Shown here: positions 36,180-50,110 of the stretch, piece by piece
Position numbering within the stretch: position 1 is the first letter of the stretch
Layout: every line of letters starts with the position of its first letter
From: Chara braunii
Lineage: Eukaryota > Plantae > Charophyceae
Length of the DNA: 64,000 bases
Assembly: GCA_003427395.1 (NCBI GenBank)
Contig: BFEA01000004.1
Coordinates: forward strand, 2,709,322-2,773,321
Reading direction: 5' to 3'
Program-made: the position numbers and the translations under genes
The notes under the pieces: model-generated
Databases searched by the model: none
What the model was told of the DNA's origin: nothing
Seen by the model: the letters and a program-made list of their open reading frames with translations, nothing else

Positions 36180-36626
36180 TGTCCGTGGGCGTCAGCATGC
36201 CTTGCCGAGGTGCTTGTGCCACCTCATCAGGTAAGACTCTCTGGCTACTGGGGCCTGTAGAAAATTGTATGAGCCTGGCGTCCGAAGTTCGCGTACGGCA
36301 AGGTACTGCCCAACCTTGGTGCTTATCATTGCTATTCGGTCCAAGTTGCCCTCGATACTGGTAGGGTGATGGTCCTGAGTGTTGGCCACACTAAGGTACA
36401 ATAGAAGGGATAGCCCCCTACACTAAGGTAGGATAGTAGGGATGCCCTGTATCCCTACTATCCTACCTCAGTGTGACCAACACTCAGGACCATCACCCTA
36501 CCTGTATCGAGGGCAGCTTGGACTGAACCTTGCCATAACGGGAACGTCTACAGGACCCCGTAGTAAGAGTCTTACCCGAAAAGCTGGGACAAGCACCTAG
36601 GCAAGGCATGTTGGCGCCTACGGACA
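36180..36626. repeat. Long imperfect fold-back (inverted repeat)
   Basis: TGTCCGTGGGCGTCAGCATGCCTTGCC ... GGCAAGGCATGTTGGCGCCTACGGACA; centre GGTAGGATAGTAGGGAT/ATCCCTACTATCCTACC; a diverged arm copy lies at 36870-37065. Confidence 0.85.
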
Positions 36627-36627
36627 T

Positions 36628-36785
36628 GTGGCTCAATGGTTAGGACACAAGTTGTCAATGCGCATTGTGGTGTGAGGTTGCGGGTTGAAAACTTCGCGCC
36701 TCCGTGCAACAATACTTACAGTCGTTTACATAATGCATGGTCACTTGCTTACTCCCCTGGGTTGATGCATGGTACTATTACAGAT
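36628..36785 (+). mobile_element. Second, truncated copy of the same tRNA-derived SINE
   Basis: GTGGCTCAATGGTTAGGACACAAGTTGTCAATGCGCATTGTGGTGTGAGGTTGCGGGTTGAAAAC...CGTTTACATAA...CTATTACAGA aligns with 34920-35076. Confidence 0.7.
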
Positions 36786-37115
36786 GATGATGATATGTGT
36801 TTCGAGGATAAGTACCCTGCCTTAAAATCAGCTAGGATTGTGGTGGGCGGGGAGTGAGTTACTAGTTGGTTAACTTAGGGGCTAGTAGGAGATTGCTTGG
36901 GCCTGGCGTCCAAAGTTCTCGTGCGGTGAGGCTCGATCGGCTCCACTGCTACCTGGGCTGGGTCATGGATAGCCCTGGTGCTTGTCACCAATGTTCGGTC
37001 CATGTTGCCCTCCATTCTAGTAGGGTAACGGTCATGAGTTCTAGTCACACTAAGGCACAATAGTAGATGTAGGGGGTGCGCTAGTAGTACTTAAGTGAGG
37101 ATGGGATGAGAGGTA

Positions 37116-37995
37116 GCCTCGTTCCCTTGGGACAACCATGGCCGACCGCTCCAGGCGATCAATGTGTCTCTAGTAACTGGCCACTACAACACCCTGGGCT
37201 TGATTGACGTGAGGATGGGTTGGGAGGTGGCCCCACCCTGTCAAGATGACCTTTGCCTGCCCGCTGCCAGCAATCACCGTGGGTCTGGTCATTGGCCTGC
37301 ACAACACCCTGGGATTTACACATAAAAAACAAAAGGACCACCAGCTTCCCGTGACAATTATCCACCGTCCCCCCATTTTTTCGGTGATTTGAATGACTTA
37401 GTTGGATGATGGATGTCTGTCCAAACTTATTTTCGCAGGGGATGACGGGGTGCCGTTGGGGGGCTGCACTGATGGTGAATGGTGAAACCAGGCCTTAAGG
37501 AAAATTTGAAAACCCACCTTCCATTACCCCTCCTATCCCCCCATTTTTTGGCCTCCGCCCTTGGGATAACCATGGCTGACCGCTCCAGGCGGTCAATGTG
37601 TCCCTAGTAACTGGCCTCTACAACACCCTGGGTTTGATTGACGTGAGGATGGGTTGGGAGGTGGCCCCTCCCTGTCAAGATGACCTTTGCCTGCCCGCTG
37701 CCAGCAATCACCGTGGGTCGGGTCATTGGCCTACACAACACCCTGGGATTTACTCATTAAAAAAAAAAACCACCAGCTTCTCGTGACAATTATCCACCGT
37801 CCCCCCGTTTTTCCGGTCATTTGAATAACTTGGTTGGATGATGGATGTCCGTCCAAACTTATTTTCTCAGGGAATGACGGGGTGTTGTTGGGGGTTTGCA
37901 CTGATGGTAAATGGTGCAACTAGACCTTAATGGAAATTTGAAAACCCACCTTCCATTACCCCTCCTATCCCCCCATTTTTTGGCCTCCGCCCTTG
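37116..37995. repeat. ~434-bp tandem duplication, with a partial third unit at ~38040-38140
   Basis: CCCTTGGGA.AACCATGGC.GACCGCTCCAGGCG occurs at 37124 and 37558, with continuous alignment after each. Confidence 0.9.
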
Positions 37996-39119
37996 ACCGG
38001 CCGTTTGAATGACCCCTCGATGGTTGAGGTTCATCTGAACAGATTTTCACGGGGCATAACGGGGTACTGTTTGGGGGGATGCACTGATGAGGAATGGTGC
38101 AACATGACCCTGAGGGAAATTCGAAAACCCACCTTCTGGACAGTGAGGTGTGGTGGAGGGGGGCCTTCTGTTGGAAGGAGGACTTTCAGTTTTTCTCTGA
38201 CACCTTCGTACAGAACCCCAATTTGACAGTGTTGTGGTGATCCCCGAAAACAGGAAAAGCAAGTCCTACAGGGTGTGTCATCAGAGGTATATCCATCACA
38301 ATGCTTAGGGGCTTGCCACACCATTGTCAAATTAGTGTCAGGAAAAGTTCAATAGCCCTCGTTCCCACACCGTCCACGGCGAACTATTGAGGAGGTAGTT
38401 TTTTTTTTTAAGAATAAAAAGCAACTTTTCATTTCACAAACAACTTTTGACCGTGGTCAGGGAACCTCACAACCTCCCGGATTGCTGGGAACATTACCCA
38501 GGTTAACTTTTTTTTTTTTTTTGGGGGGGGGGGGAGGACACAAGCTCCAATCTTTATGGGACGCTCGGTCCAGTTTCCAACACATGCTGCTCCCCACGAA
38601 TAGATTGGAGCTTACCCTGCTTAGCTTACCAGGGTATTGAAGCAGCCCAAGGATACCCTACTGCAACAACCATAAATTACACTACTGCATGGGCGTGACA
38701 AAAGTTGGTCAATTTCTGTACTGGCAGTGAACTCGTCCCCACCACCAATACAGGGCTGCCCGCGGGGCCCTCTCCGCAACTTTTGGAGGCCAGAAATGTG
38801 GCAAAGGCCATTGATGAAATTATCAACAACAATCCAGCCCCAAAATTTGTGGTGGTGGGGACGAGCTCATTTCCTACAAGGTTAGGGCTGTGTACTGGGA
38901 CCAGAGACCCTGGTCTGTCCAGCACTTGTAAACGTTGCCAGAACATTGAACATTTTTTTATGGGATTAGACCTTCCCTATTCATAGAAGGATGATACATA
39001 TACCGACCATCTGATGCCATTCTACTGCGAAAGTGGAAGTACATTCATCCTCCTCAAACAACAACTTGTCCAAAATAGACTTTCCATTTATTACTCAGCC
39101 AGTGTTCTTTTGTTTTTGT

Positions 39120-40172
39120 CTGGGTAGCACGACGTACGTGTACTCGGGTTGCGTGTACACATGTACACGTCTTCTTGTACGCCACGCGTACACGCACTCC
39201 CATACATAGGAATACGTTAAAAAAAAAAAAATCATCGAAATAATATAAAAAATAAATATGTTATACAAAATCATATTTCAATTTTTTTTTGTCCGAGACT
39301 CATCTCAAAATTTTGTATCATGCTCGAGTTAAAAATCAAAGACTGAAAGAACAAATAAATTGAAATAATTAAAACAAAAAACAAGAAAAAAAAAAAAATG
39401 AACCAAAATTTTGTAACAAATATATGTTATTCACAAACATGATACAAACAACTTTTGTCTGGGACTCATCCCCGAATTCCCAACCAAACTTGACTAAGAA
39501 ATAAAAAACTAAGGAAAAACGGGGTACCCGGGCGTACAAAAAAAAAACAAAAACAAAAAGAATTGCCTTTCTGTGCTCTTCCAGAGGACCCCAAATCCGG
39601 GCTCTCATTTTTTTAGAGTTGGCTATCAAGAAGGGGGGGGGGGGGTTACAAATTTGTTTTAAAGGGGCGAAGGGGGGTTAGAGGGGGGTGTCTTAGTGTG
39701 ATTTTGTTATTTTCTTTTTTTTCTCCGATTCGGTGAGGAATTTTGGTGTGACCCTCAGCCAAAAGTTATTCGTATTGTAATTATACACAACATATTTTTT
39801 TTTCTGGATTTTTTTTTTTTTTTTTTGGGGGGGGGGGGGGGGGAGGCGCTGCCCGGAACCCTGTCTGGGTGTCATGCCTGGCCGAGCACCCGAGCGTGTA
39901 TCCGGGCACATGTTGGGTGCCCAGACGCCTAGAAAAACATCCTAAAAAAAAGGTAATATTATCATAATAATTGAAAAACTATTTAAAAATATATTTTAAA
40001 GTGTTCTTTAAGGTTTTTAATGTTTAAATTGAGCTTGGTTTGGAATTAGGGTATGAATCCAAGGTAAAAGTTGTTTGTCAACATACTTTATTATTTTGAG
40101 TTTGTAGGAGTACGCCAGAATACATATGAGTACGCACTGCGTACAGTGCGTACAGTGCAGGGTGCTACCCAA
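39120..40172. mobile_element. hAT-like non-autonomous element with CGTAC/GTAC subterminal repeats, probably containing nested pieces
   Basis: TIR TGGGTAGCAC / GTGCTACCCA; 8-bp TSD GTTTTTGT / ATTTTTGT (7/8); AT-rich core. Confidence 0.75.
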
Positions 40173-40772
40173 ATTTTTGTTTTGTTTTTATGACTTTTAC
40201 AAGTTGTTCACGAATGTGTCCATTTAGAATTAAACCAAATCAACCCTGCATTTTTTTTTTTTTTTTTTTAATCTCATTTTAACAGGTGAACTGTGTGTTT
40301 TGCAAGCGCCTTGGGCAGTTGAGGCAAATTCAACTACACTTGGATGAATGGTACACAATTCTCCAACTCTTCATACCTTGATAAAGCGATTGTAAAACAG
40401 AAAAACTCAACAGAATGGCCATGATTTTGAATAACCAGTGATGTAATTGTTTTTTCGCATATCTGAACCGACTTGCAGGGGTGCACAGACTTCTTGAAGT
40501 CCCTTCCACTTAATAAGAGGGATTCCTTTGCGTACTAGGGGCAGGGTGAAACCTCGTATGAAACATGCAAGGATTGTAAACTCGTCTGAGACAGGCTGGT
40601 AAGGATATGTATACTTGACTATATTGGTGGGCGGTTAATCCCCTCGAGTGAGGGCAATCAATGTTGCCTATCATCAACCAGTCTATAACTTGCTCCAATC
40701 TGAGGATTTCGTGTGAGTTGGACATTAAACCCGGTTTCTGGCAGATGCAGCTCCCCACCAATAGAGTGTACC

Positions 40773-40991
40773 CTAGGCTTTCAGAGTGACCCGAGACCGC
40801 TTGCCCGGTCAGGCTTAAAAAATGTTTGGTAAAGAATTTTGATGTCACCCGGAGACAAAAGTTATTCAATTTATTTTTTTGCTTAACATAGTTTTTTTTT
40901 TTTTTTTTTTTTTTTTTTGGGACCTTCCACGACTCTTCCACAGCGAGGCCGGTGAAACAAAGTCACTCGGGCGGCCCAACTGGTAGCCTAG
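40773..40991. mobile_element. hAT-like MITE
   Basis: TIR CTAGGCTTTCAG / CTGGTAGCCTAG; perfect 8-bp TSD AGTGTACC (40765-40772, 40992-40999). Confidence 0.8.
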
Positions 40992-43129
40992 AGTGTACCA
41001 TACTGGAAAGAAATGAGAATAAAATACGCATCCATAATAATCCTAAATTAAAATGATATAATAAATTTATAAAAAAATCTATCAGCAGAGGAAAAGTTTT
41101 TTCGTAATTAATGATCGTCAATACCATAATTTGTTAATATACGATGTAAATTAAGATGCTGAAAAAACACACACCAAACATATTTCATTCTTCTCATTCC
41201 CACTAACCAGCTGCCGAAAATATTTTAACTATTGAAGAGATGGAAGTTATTTCATCTACACGTGTACGTACACGAAAACGTGAGTTATACTAAATACTTA
41301 GTAAATTATAAACCTCTTCAAGTTTCGTATATCGTTTAGGTTTTCATGAATTAGCATTTCGAGGTGCTTTATATGGCATAAATAAGTCTAGTTGGTAGTA
41401 GTTCATATATGCATTTGTTATTTATTGTACATAAAAATGCGTATTTATTGTTGTTATTGAGCTATATTGAGCATGAAAATGCGTATATTGAGCTTGATTG
41501 TATAAGAAAATACGTATATGCATTTGTTATTTATTGTATATGCAAAGCATAATATAAGCAGACTCAAAAGGCAACCGAAGTTTACGTGCCTTGCAAAAAT
41601 CCTCACTGTTGTCATTTACTTGGTCTTGATTGCTCTCCAGGAGTTCGTGTATTATTTATAGCAATATATGAGATTGTCTGATCAAATGCTTGTCTATTAT
41701 GGTTATGTCAATAGCAGTGTTGCAGGACACTCAACTACAAAATATGTTAGTTTAAAGATAATAAGAAAATTATCCTTATCCTCTTTTAAACCATTACGTT
41801 GAATGAGTATTCGTCGCGTGTTCAGATGAGTACAAAGGGTGTTTTTCCCTTCATAAACAAGTTAAAACAACATAAAACTCAACTTTAACTGGCCAACTGT
41901 TAATGTCATCAACTTGGTTTTTATCTTCGATAAAAATAGGTTATGGGTGATAAATCTACGGGCTTGATTAATTTGTTTGAGTATAAGTGTTCTCTGATAT
42001 CTATGTATTGAGAGATGATGCATAATCTTCTTGCTCTTGATGTGAGTCTTATTCTATGATTAATTCCCAGTTCGTTGTACTTTGCATTCACCCTTAGGAT
42101 TTTTAACACGTCCCCCTCTTTATTTCGCATAAAAGAGTAGTAAAATTTTGTATTATTCTAATTTTATTTTACAAAGGTCAAGTGAGTATAATGGTACTAC
42201 TCGAACTGTCAAGAAACACCCGTTGAGTTATAGTTAACTTGTTTTCTGATTCCCGTAATGGTCAATTGAAAAGGAAGTGTTGTCCTCCGAACTAGTTGTT
42301 TTATAACCCCAAATGTCTTTATCTTGCTTGATGGGCAAAATTGGGATCTTATTAAGGAAGTTATCGTATCTCTTAGTTAATTTTAACTCACTTCTTGATG
42401 GGGATTGATAAGTATTTATTCCTATAGTCATCCGGGCGGTTCATCGAAGAGACGATCTTGAAAATCTCTGCAAAGTATGAATAATTTACCTGATCTAATC
42501 GAATATACCTATACTGAGTACCTCGCCGGGAAACAAAACCCTAAGGCTCCCTTATAGAGCTACAAAGTCACTTTGAGCGTCTCTTGAGTAAGAGGTCCTT
42601 AAAATTTTGCAGAATACATAAAGGAGAGTCAGTCTGACGTGCAACTACTGATAATGCAGTGTATTACTCGAGTGGCCACTACATAAAAGTGTTATGTGTA
42701 AATAAAGAGATTTCGTAATTGGCAGACTCTTTATGTCGTGAATTGGTGGGGGGGGGTATCGCCTTTTTTATACCTTGTGTTATATTCGAACTGAAAGACA
42801 GTGTCAAAACACGCTTGAGAGACTATGCGAGAATGCAACCCGACGAAAGTTACTGCAAGTAATTCCTCACGTAAAATTTTGATTGCATGGTATCTTGGTA
42901 ACGGTTACCGCAAGCATTTCCCTGCGCCATGTTTGGACTAGGGTTATTGTGAGCAATACAACAAACTATTTTTCCCAACGAGGATTGTGCGGTGTTTGAG
43001 AGAGGAAAATGCGACCGACAAACAATTGTTGAGAACTGCAGACATATAACCGTATAAACTGGCGGTAAAACCTTGTGAAAAAACTGAGGGTAATTGATTA
43101 CAATTGATACCAAAACATAACAACACCGC

Positions 43130-43895
43130 CTACTGGGGCAATTTGGTTGACTTGGTCAAAAGGTATGTCTCACCATCAGAGATTGACTATGAAGTTGTGA
43201 CTGAACCATCCAAGTTTCGATATCTTCGACGAAGAATTTTCTCCATGTCATATCCTGCTTCTCTGTTGGAGAAGTTTTGTGCTATGCTTGACTTTCAAAT
43301 CTTTGGCTTTGGATAAACCTATTTGGAACTCATGGACTTTAGGTGACTCTACATCTCTAGGTCATAATCTCAAGAAGTACATAGACGTTGCTCAAGGCAA
43401 AAGAGACGCACAATCAAATGAGAGATTGAAGATGAGAACCGAGAGGGAGAGGGAGGACTCTTGACGCTGACTATGTTTTTTCATCTCTACTTCTTGAGAT
43501 TATTAGGATTTCTCATCTTTCGTCATTCATCTAGTCTTTGTCTTGAGTCACGTCCGTCTTGATCTTGTTTCATTGACATTGTATGATGCTGTGCTCTGTG
43601 CTGATCTTGTAATAGTTCTCAAAATTCATAAAATTTGGCAATCATAATGTGCTGTATATTTTGTTTTAATTTATTATTTGCCTAATCACACTTGTTGTTC
43701 CGAATCACAATTAAAGATTCCCAAGGTTTGGGACCGGTGTAGACCACAATTGAAGGGTCTCGCTCGAAGTCGAACGCATGCAACAGGAATGGATTTGCAT
43801 TAGTTAGTCAATTATTTAGTACAAAAATTGAACAAAATCTTGCGTGACCACCTGTTGCCTTTCTGATTACCGGGATTGGTCTGATTGGAAAAGTG
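43130..43895 (+). repeat. Dispersed ~700-bp repeat with decayed ORF, copy B
   Basis: Aligns along its length with 49420-50110 and with the reverse complement of 20690-21360; peptide EPSKFRYLRRRIFS..FCAMLDFQIFGFG. Confidence 0.85.
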
Positions 43896-46800
43896 CGACA
43901 ATGGTAGTCAACTCAGGATAGTAGAGCGTAGAGGTGAAGTATCTAGGCCACAACTATTCACACGAGCGTGTATCAACTGCTATTGGTGCTAAGCTCCAAC
44001 CATTCCAAAAAGGGTGTGGCTATAGTGTGCCGAAAGGGACAAGAAGGCTATAAGCCTGAAAGCTGGAGGCTCTCCATACGCTGAGCCTTAAAGTTGGGAG
44101 AGGGCCCTTGGATCACGACGATCCTGAACTTTGACGGTGACGAAGCGAGATTGAAAATTAATGCCGAAGGGGGTAGAGAGGAAGACACAAAGAAGGATCA
44201 AAAGTTACATGCGGCAATTACAAAGGTAAGAAAAAAGGCGGAGAGAAGACTTCAGATAGACCATGTTACTGCACAAATTGAGATCACTATCGCCTACGAC
44301 GAGGTAGAGACCTCGACGGGGACTACTGAGAGAGAACGACGGGACCTGAATCGGGACTCCGAGGTTGAGTCTAAGGCCAATGATAACGAGACCACCCACC
44401 AGCCGAGCCAGTGGAGGATGGCTCTGAGGCGAGTTCACAACGACGGAGGAGCCGAGCCTGTGTAAACAGTTACGGGACTGCAGATCAAGAGTGAGGGGCA
44501 CGTGTGACTCCGACGAGAATGTTAGGCGATCTACACGAGGATAACTTAGATGACATTGCCAAAATTTTGGTTATGCAAAAATATTGAAGGCTGACTTTTG
44601 ATATGCGTATGCGATTTGCTGTGATAATTTTTAGTGAGTTATGTGCAAGGAGCTAGGATGAATAATGGATTTCACGTCTGGTTGAAACTGTCCTAGTCGA
44701 CCGGCGTATGGCTCGAGCTTAGAAGATCAACGCCATGAGCAACAAGCAACATTTGGGTTAGGATGGCATTTATCCATGCGAACCTATGCTACAACGAAGC
44801 GAGCAAACGCCCTGGGCCGACCTACCTCTGCAATCACATGTGAAAACTTTCACATGTGGGTCAATAGCTCGATAGGGATACGTTCCTAACCGTGGTGGTG
44901 ACAGCCCCTTAGGAAAGGTAAGTTGTTCCTCGCGGGAACCTATCTTGTTTTTGGGGACCGCGGGAAGTACGGTTGGCGCACCCGACTATAGAGGCGAAAG
45001 GACAACGTCACCGCGCCTGTCTTAGTGGTCCGCATGATTGTTTCGACGTTGTCCCCAGATTGTCTCTAATCTTGCTTTGTTTTTACTCTTGTGTGACATG
45101 GTCGGGAGGGTTCTCGCCTTTTGCGAAAAAAGGCGGGGGCCAATGTGCTCGACAACGTTATCTCCCTTGAGCGAGTTACTGTGTTACTAACACAGATGAA
45201 CTCTCTAGCACTGGGTGGTAGAGGTGCGTGTTCCCCAAAACATTGACGTCATTGACCTGTACGTTTAGTCTGTGTTGCCCGTGTCTGTCAACTCGTCTTC
45301 TGTTATGATAAGACGACGGAGAATAAGCCAACAGGGAACCAACGATGTACGGGTAGGGAGGAGATCAAACTTTTGTTCCTGAGACCAGCCCACGCCTATG
45401 AAGTAATTGAGACCGAAAGGCAGTATAGGATGTGAAAGACTAGCACCAGAGAGATTGTATAGGAGCAGAAGTGCCAAGGTATGACTTCATGAGAGGACGC
45501 GTGACTGCATCGAGCGCGAGGTTTAGGGCCAGAGGCGAGAGAGAGCGCAGTGGAGACTCGTAGCAAGAAAACATGTATGTTTTATGATTGGTGTCACTTG
45601 TTTTGGATAAGACTGACATTCACTATCGTAGTGCGTTTCGTTTCCACAATGATAATATGAGAATGAAATGTATGGAAAGTGGTATTGGTGATGCGTGAGA
45701 AATCACTAAATATAATTTGGGTGAGACCATCAAGAGATTTGTTAAAAAAGTGTGCCTATACCGCACATATGATGTCATTTATGCTCTTTCAACGTCGTCA
45801 GCGTCTACAGTCATCGTTTCAGTCATGGTAAGATAGGAGTGAGCAAGCAAAAAAGGCACAACCAGTAAAGGTTAAACGTTGAGACACATAATGCGTAATA
45901 GTCGTAAGAGCGGATCCTTGTAATATACATGAGTCAACAAAGTAAGATAAGAGTGAGACGTTCGTAAAAACTTGAAGTGTTTCTTACTATTGGCGTCAGC
46001 TACCCTCTCTCGTGACTGTGTTAATTGTCATTGCACAACCTTATTTTCTTGTGTAGGCGCACTGTTGTGCAAAGTTTTATCAACGTTAGGAGTGGATGAA
46101 GTCAGTCTTTCCGATAGATTTTCACCCTAAGCCTTCTTGCCGTTGACATTATTTGCACGACAAACTTCATGTTGTCGTTTGCAGATTAACAGTCATATTG
46201 TGGTTTATAGCGTATGATGGCCATCACCTCGAGTAGTGGGGTCTTTAGTGAGTAGCCTAAATGTTAATAAGGCGAGTTGTGAGAGAATGTAGAAATTATT
46301 ATTTTTATGTTCTGTGAGTTGATTCTTAATAAGCTACCTCTAATGATATTAGAAACAACTATATAACACAATCAGTGAAAGAGAGCGGTCATCCTGGTTG
46401 GACAAGTACAAAGTATTTGGGAGTTAACAACATTGTATCCATTTGTGCTCAACACATTAGGGGTTGAACTTACTTCCTTTTTCCTTTGCCTTCATCGGAT
46501 CAACACATTTTTTATCCTCTGTTCACGCAAACGACTTTCGTTAATCTTTATCATTTGTTTTCCAAGAAACCTTGCGGAGAGGTTTAGGCTTAAGAGAGTG
46601 GTTATTGGTGATAGGATGTGAGTGAATATGTTGCTCAATAGGGGAACGGAAAGCCTGAGTATGAAATCTTACTATCCCGATAAACACCTAAGAGAAATGA
46701 ACAGGGTCGTCGATTCTTTCCTGTCGTGTGAATTCTTATTGTTGAACTCTTGAAGTTCTTTGTTCGACAAAGTATTAACAAACGAGACTTTTAATCATGA

Positions 46801-48379
46801 CTAGGCTTATCAAGAGCTCACATAGGAATAAAATACTTGTCATTTATTAACTTCCTATTCAGATAAAGATTGTTTTCATTGCTCTGATTTGTGGTTGTGT
46901 CTAACTGACCGTAAGACCATTGAAAGAGAATGAACACATGCAATGAGTATTTGTAGCACTGAATCTGTTCAATGGTCAAATCAACCTAAGAGAAATCTTG
47001 AAGGTGGGGGGTTATACTATTTGTTCTTTGAAATGACTAACTCGTTGTTGACATGTAAAGCCATTATATTCTCAGACGATTATTCATCATTATCTCTGCT
47101 TCTCTTGTTTTGTGGACAAGTACACTTTATGGATTTCCGAGTGTGATGTGAACTGACTTGACTTTTTCTTTACGAACAAGGAAAAATAACAAAACCAAGG
47201 AGATCGAACGAGCTGTCTTTGAAAATCAAGTCAGTTTATCTCCTTGTCTTAACGGACGAGTAAGAGGCAATCTCCATTGCGAAAGATTGCTTCATACTAA
47301 TCAAATATTGATTAGATAGATATTAAAAGAGGAAGATAGTCTCTGTCTCCAAACGTTGATTCCAAGTTGACGCAAAAAGGAGCAGTGACAAGGATATCAC
47401 TCATATTTTAACTGCCATTTGTGCTGGTAGTCGGACTCATTTAATCTTTTCCCTTATATTCGACTTTGATTATTGTTAGCGATTAGTTTAGGTTGACAAT
47501 GGAATGTTAAATTTACTCACGAAGATTATGGTATTTTTTAGTAATTTATTCAGAACAGGTTGAGACCTTACCTTTGATCCTGAGGTTCGTGATAATTACA
47601 GGTTCGTCCTTCTAGCACCGAGGAATTTGATGATTGTCCCTCATATATCCTAAGATTACTAACGCACCCTATTAATTTTGTGACAAATCTTATTGATAAT
47701 TTTTAGAGATTTAGAAAATACTGATATACCATTTTTTCGTTGTGTGTGAACTTCGAGGCTACTTCTTGAAGTCAGAAAGTCTATTTGTTAGTCTTAGTTC
47801 TCTCGGTTCAGTGAAAACTGGAGAAAGTGAATATTAGACAATTACCATAACAAAGCAGCATCTTACGTGAGTACGTGGTAACTTTGAGGAGTGATGAACT
47901 TATAATACGACCCGACTGAGAGAGAAGAAATAAAACCACGTGTCTGGTGTTGCTTTCGCTAAGAGCATAAGTTTACGTTTTAGTGAATTTTGATCGATTG
48001 TGCCATGTGTATCACCCAAGCAGTACTTCGCGTATAGTCTAAGTATTATTACCCACTAGTAATTGTCCAAAGCACTACTTCGATATGATTTACTACTTAT
48101 TATCTCATTTACTATTGCAGATACTGATCAACATAGTATATTAGGTAAAAAATATTCTAGGTACTGCTATAAACAATATTTCGACTGAGAATATAGTAGG
48201 TTAACATAAATTTTTCCATAATTAAATAATCATTCTATAGTAAACTTACATTTTAAATTTTAAATTTTAAATTTTTATTCCATCTTTAAAAATGTCATTC
48301 CAATTTTAAAATTTTATATCCTACTTGAAAACTTTCATTTCAAGAATGGGGTATCCCTTCTTATTTGAATTGCATGATA

Positions 48380-48556
48380 GAGATGGAATGAAAAGCAAGA
48401 TGAGTTTATGAAATATTTTAATTGGATTGTCATTCTATGTAAGGGTTTTCAGTCATAAATAGGTTAATCCAATATAAGTTAGAAGATATTTGTTGTAGTA
48501 GAATGAAAATGTAATTAAGACATTTCATAAACTCGTCCAGATTTTCATTCCATCTT
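48380..48556. repeat. AT-rich inverted repeat (MITE-like core)
   Basis: AGATGGAATGAAAA..GAGTTTATGAAAT..CATTCTA vs TAGAATG..ATTTCATAAACTC..TTTTCATTCCATCT. Confidence 0.75.
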
Positions 48557-49419
48557 GAATAAATAGATGTAGTTGGAAAGGAAAACTCATATTTAGACGG
48601 AAACTTATCAAATAAAATTGAAAATTTTAGAATTTGACGAACATTAAAATGATAATTTATAAATATGAGGGATTTTTTTTTTATGGAATGTTTTTTCAAC
48701 TTTCATTTCTCGTGGGAATTTTTATGTTGGTTTTACCCCGCTTAAGACTTGAACTAATGACATGACTAAAACTTCCCTACACACTTTACTGTAAAGGTAA
48801 CACTTTACATTATCCCGCTCGGCATTAGAACAAAGATCGTTGTTACTATTGCTTTGCTATGAGCTCGAACGAATGAGATTGAGATTCACTATTCAATAAA
48901 ATCTTGGTGACTAGTTACCCCCTCATTCACACTTGTTTTTTGTTGAAGAGTGAATCATCAGAGAAAGATGAAGATCATGAAATACGATAAGATCTTAGTA
49001 ATAAAGTGCATAATCAGCAAAGACAAGTAAGAGATGAGAGACAAAAGTCGATCAAGACATTGAACTTCACAAAATGGTGATGAGAGAATGTGCAGTTCAA
49101 AAAATAGGGGAGAAAAGGTACATCGAATACGTATTTTATTTTCAGGATCATAATGGCAGACTGCATAGCACGGGCTCGTCATTAAAGACCGTTGAGTAGG
49201 CCAGGTCAAAGCGCATGTGGATGCATATAAACGCTCTAAATATTTTTCCTTCCACGACTTTTCAATGAGTAATTCAGCAAATAGCATCCAGTACTCCATA
49301 ATGTTTCCCGCTTTTCAACAATCAGCGGTTAGTTACTCTCCAATCCTTTCTCTGCGAGATCATCAGTGATCCACTATCAGACTCTCTTATTTTTCAATCA
49401 GACTCTATTATTTTTCAAT

Positions 49420-50110
49420 CATTATAGGGCAGTGGCAGAACCATCAAAGGTTTGACACCTTCGATGAGGGATCTTCTTCAAAACATATTTTTCTGCTTTG
49501 TGGGAGGAGTTTTGTGCTATGCTTGACTTCTGAATCTTTGGCCTTGGATGAACCAATTAAGAACTCGAGGGTTTTATGTGGCTCTATATTACTATACCAC
49601 AATCTTAGGAAATACATAGACGTGGCTCAAGGCACAAGAGATGTACAATCAAATGAGAGACTGAGGACGAGACCTGAAAGAGAGAGTGAGGACTTTTGAC
49701 GAGTGTTGACCATGTTTATTCACTTGTACCATTTTAGATTATTATGAGTTCTCATTTTCCTTTATCCATCTTATCTTTGCCTTGAGTCAGTTAGTCTTGA
49801 TTCACTTTCATTGACATCTGTTTGATGTTATGCTCTTTGTTGATTTTGCCACAATTCTCAACTCCTTAAAATTTAACAATCATGATGTACTTTAAATTTT
49901 ATTTTAATCCGAATCACAATTAAAGATTCCTAAGACCTAGGATCGGCATAGACCACAATTGAAGTGTCTCGCTCGAGGATGGACGCATGCAACAAGAAGG
50001 GATATTGCATTAATTAATTATATATTCATTGCAAAAATTCCTTAAAATCCAGCGTGACAGCTTATTGTCTTTTCCGATCGCCAATAGTGGTCTGATTGGA
50101 AAAAATGTGA
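49420..50110 (+). repeat. Dispersed ~700-bp repeat with decayed ORF, copy C
   Basis: Shares blocks such as TTTTGTGCTATGCTTGACTT and CCGAATCACAATTAAAGATTCC with copy B. Confidence 0.85.

Noticed and set aside
43279-43464. Overlapping second ORF in the three-copy module
   Set aside because: Apparent synonymous changes are explained by C-to-T decay in the main frame, and copy A has several stops in this frame
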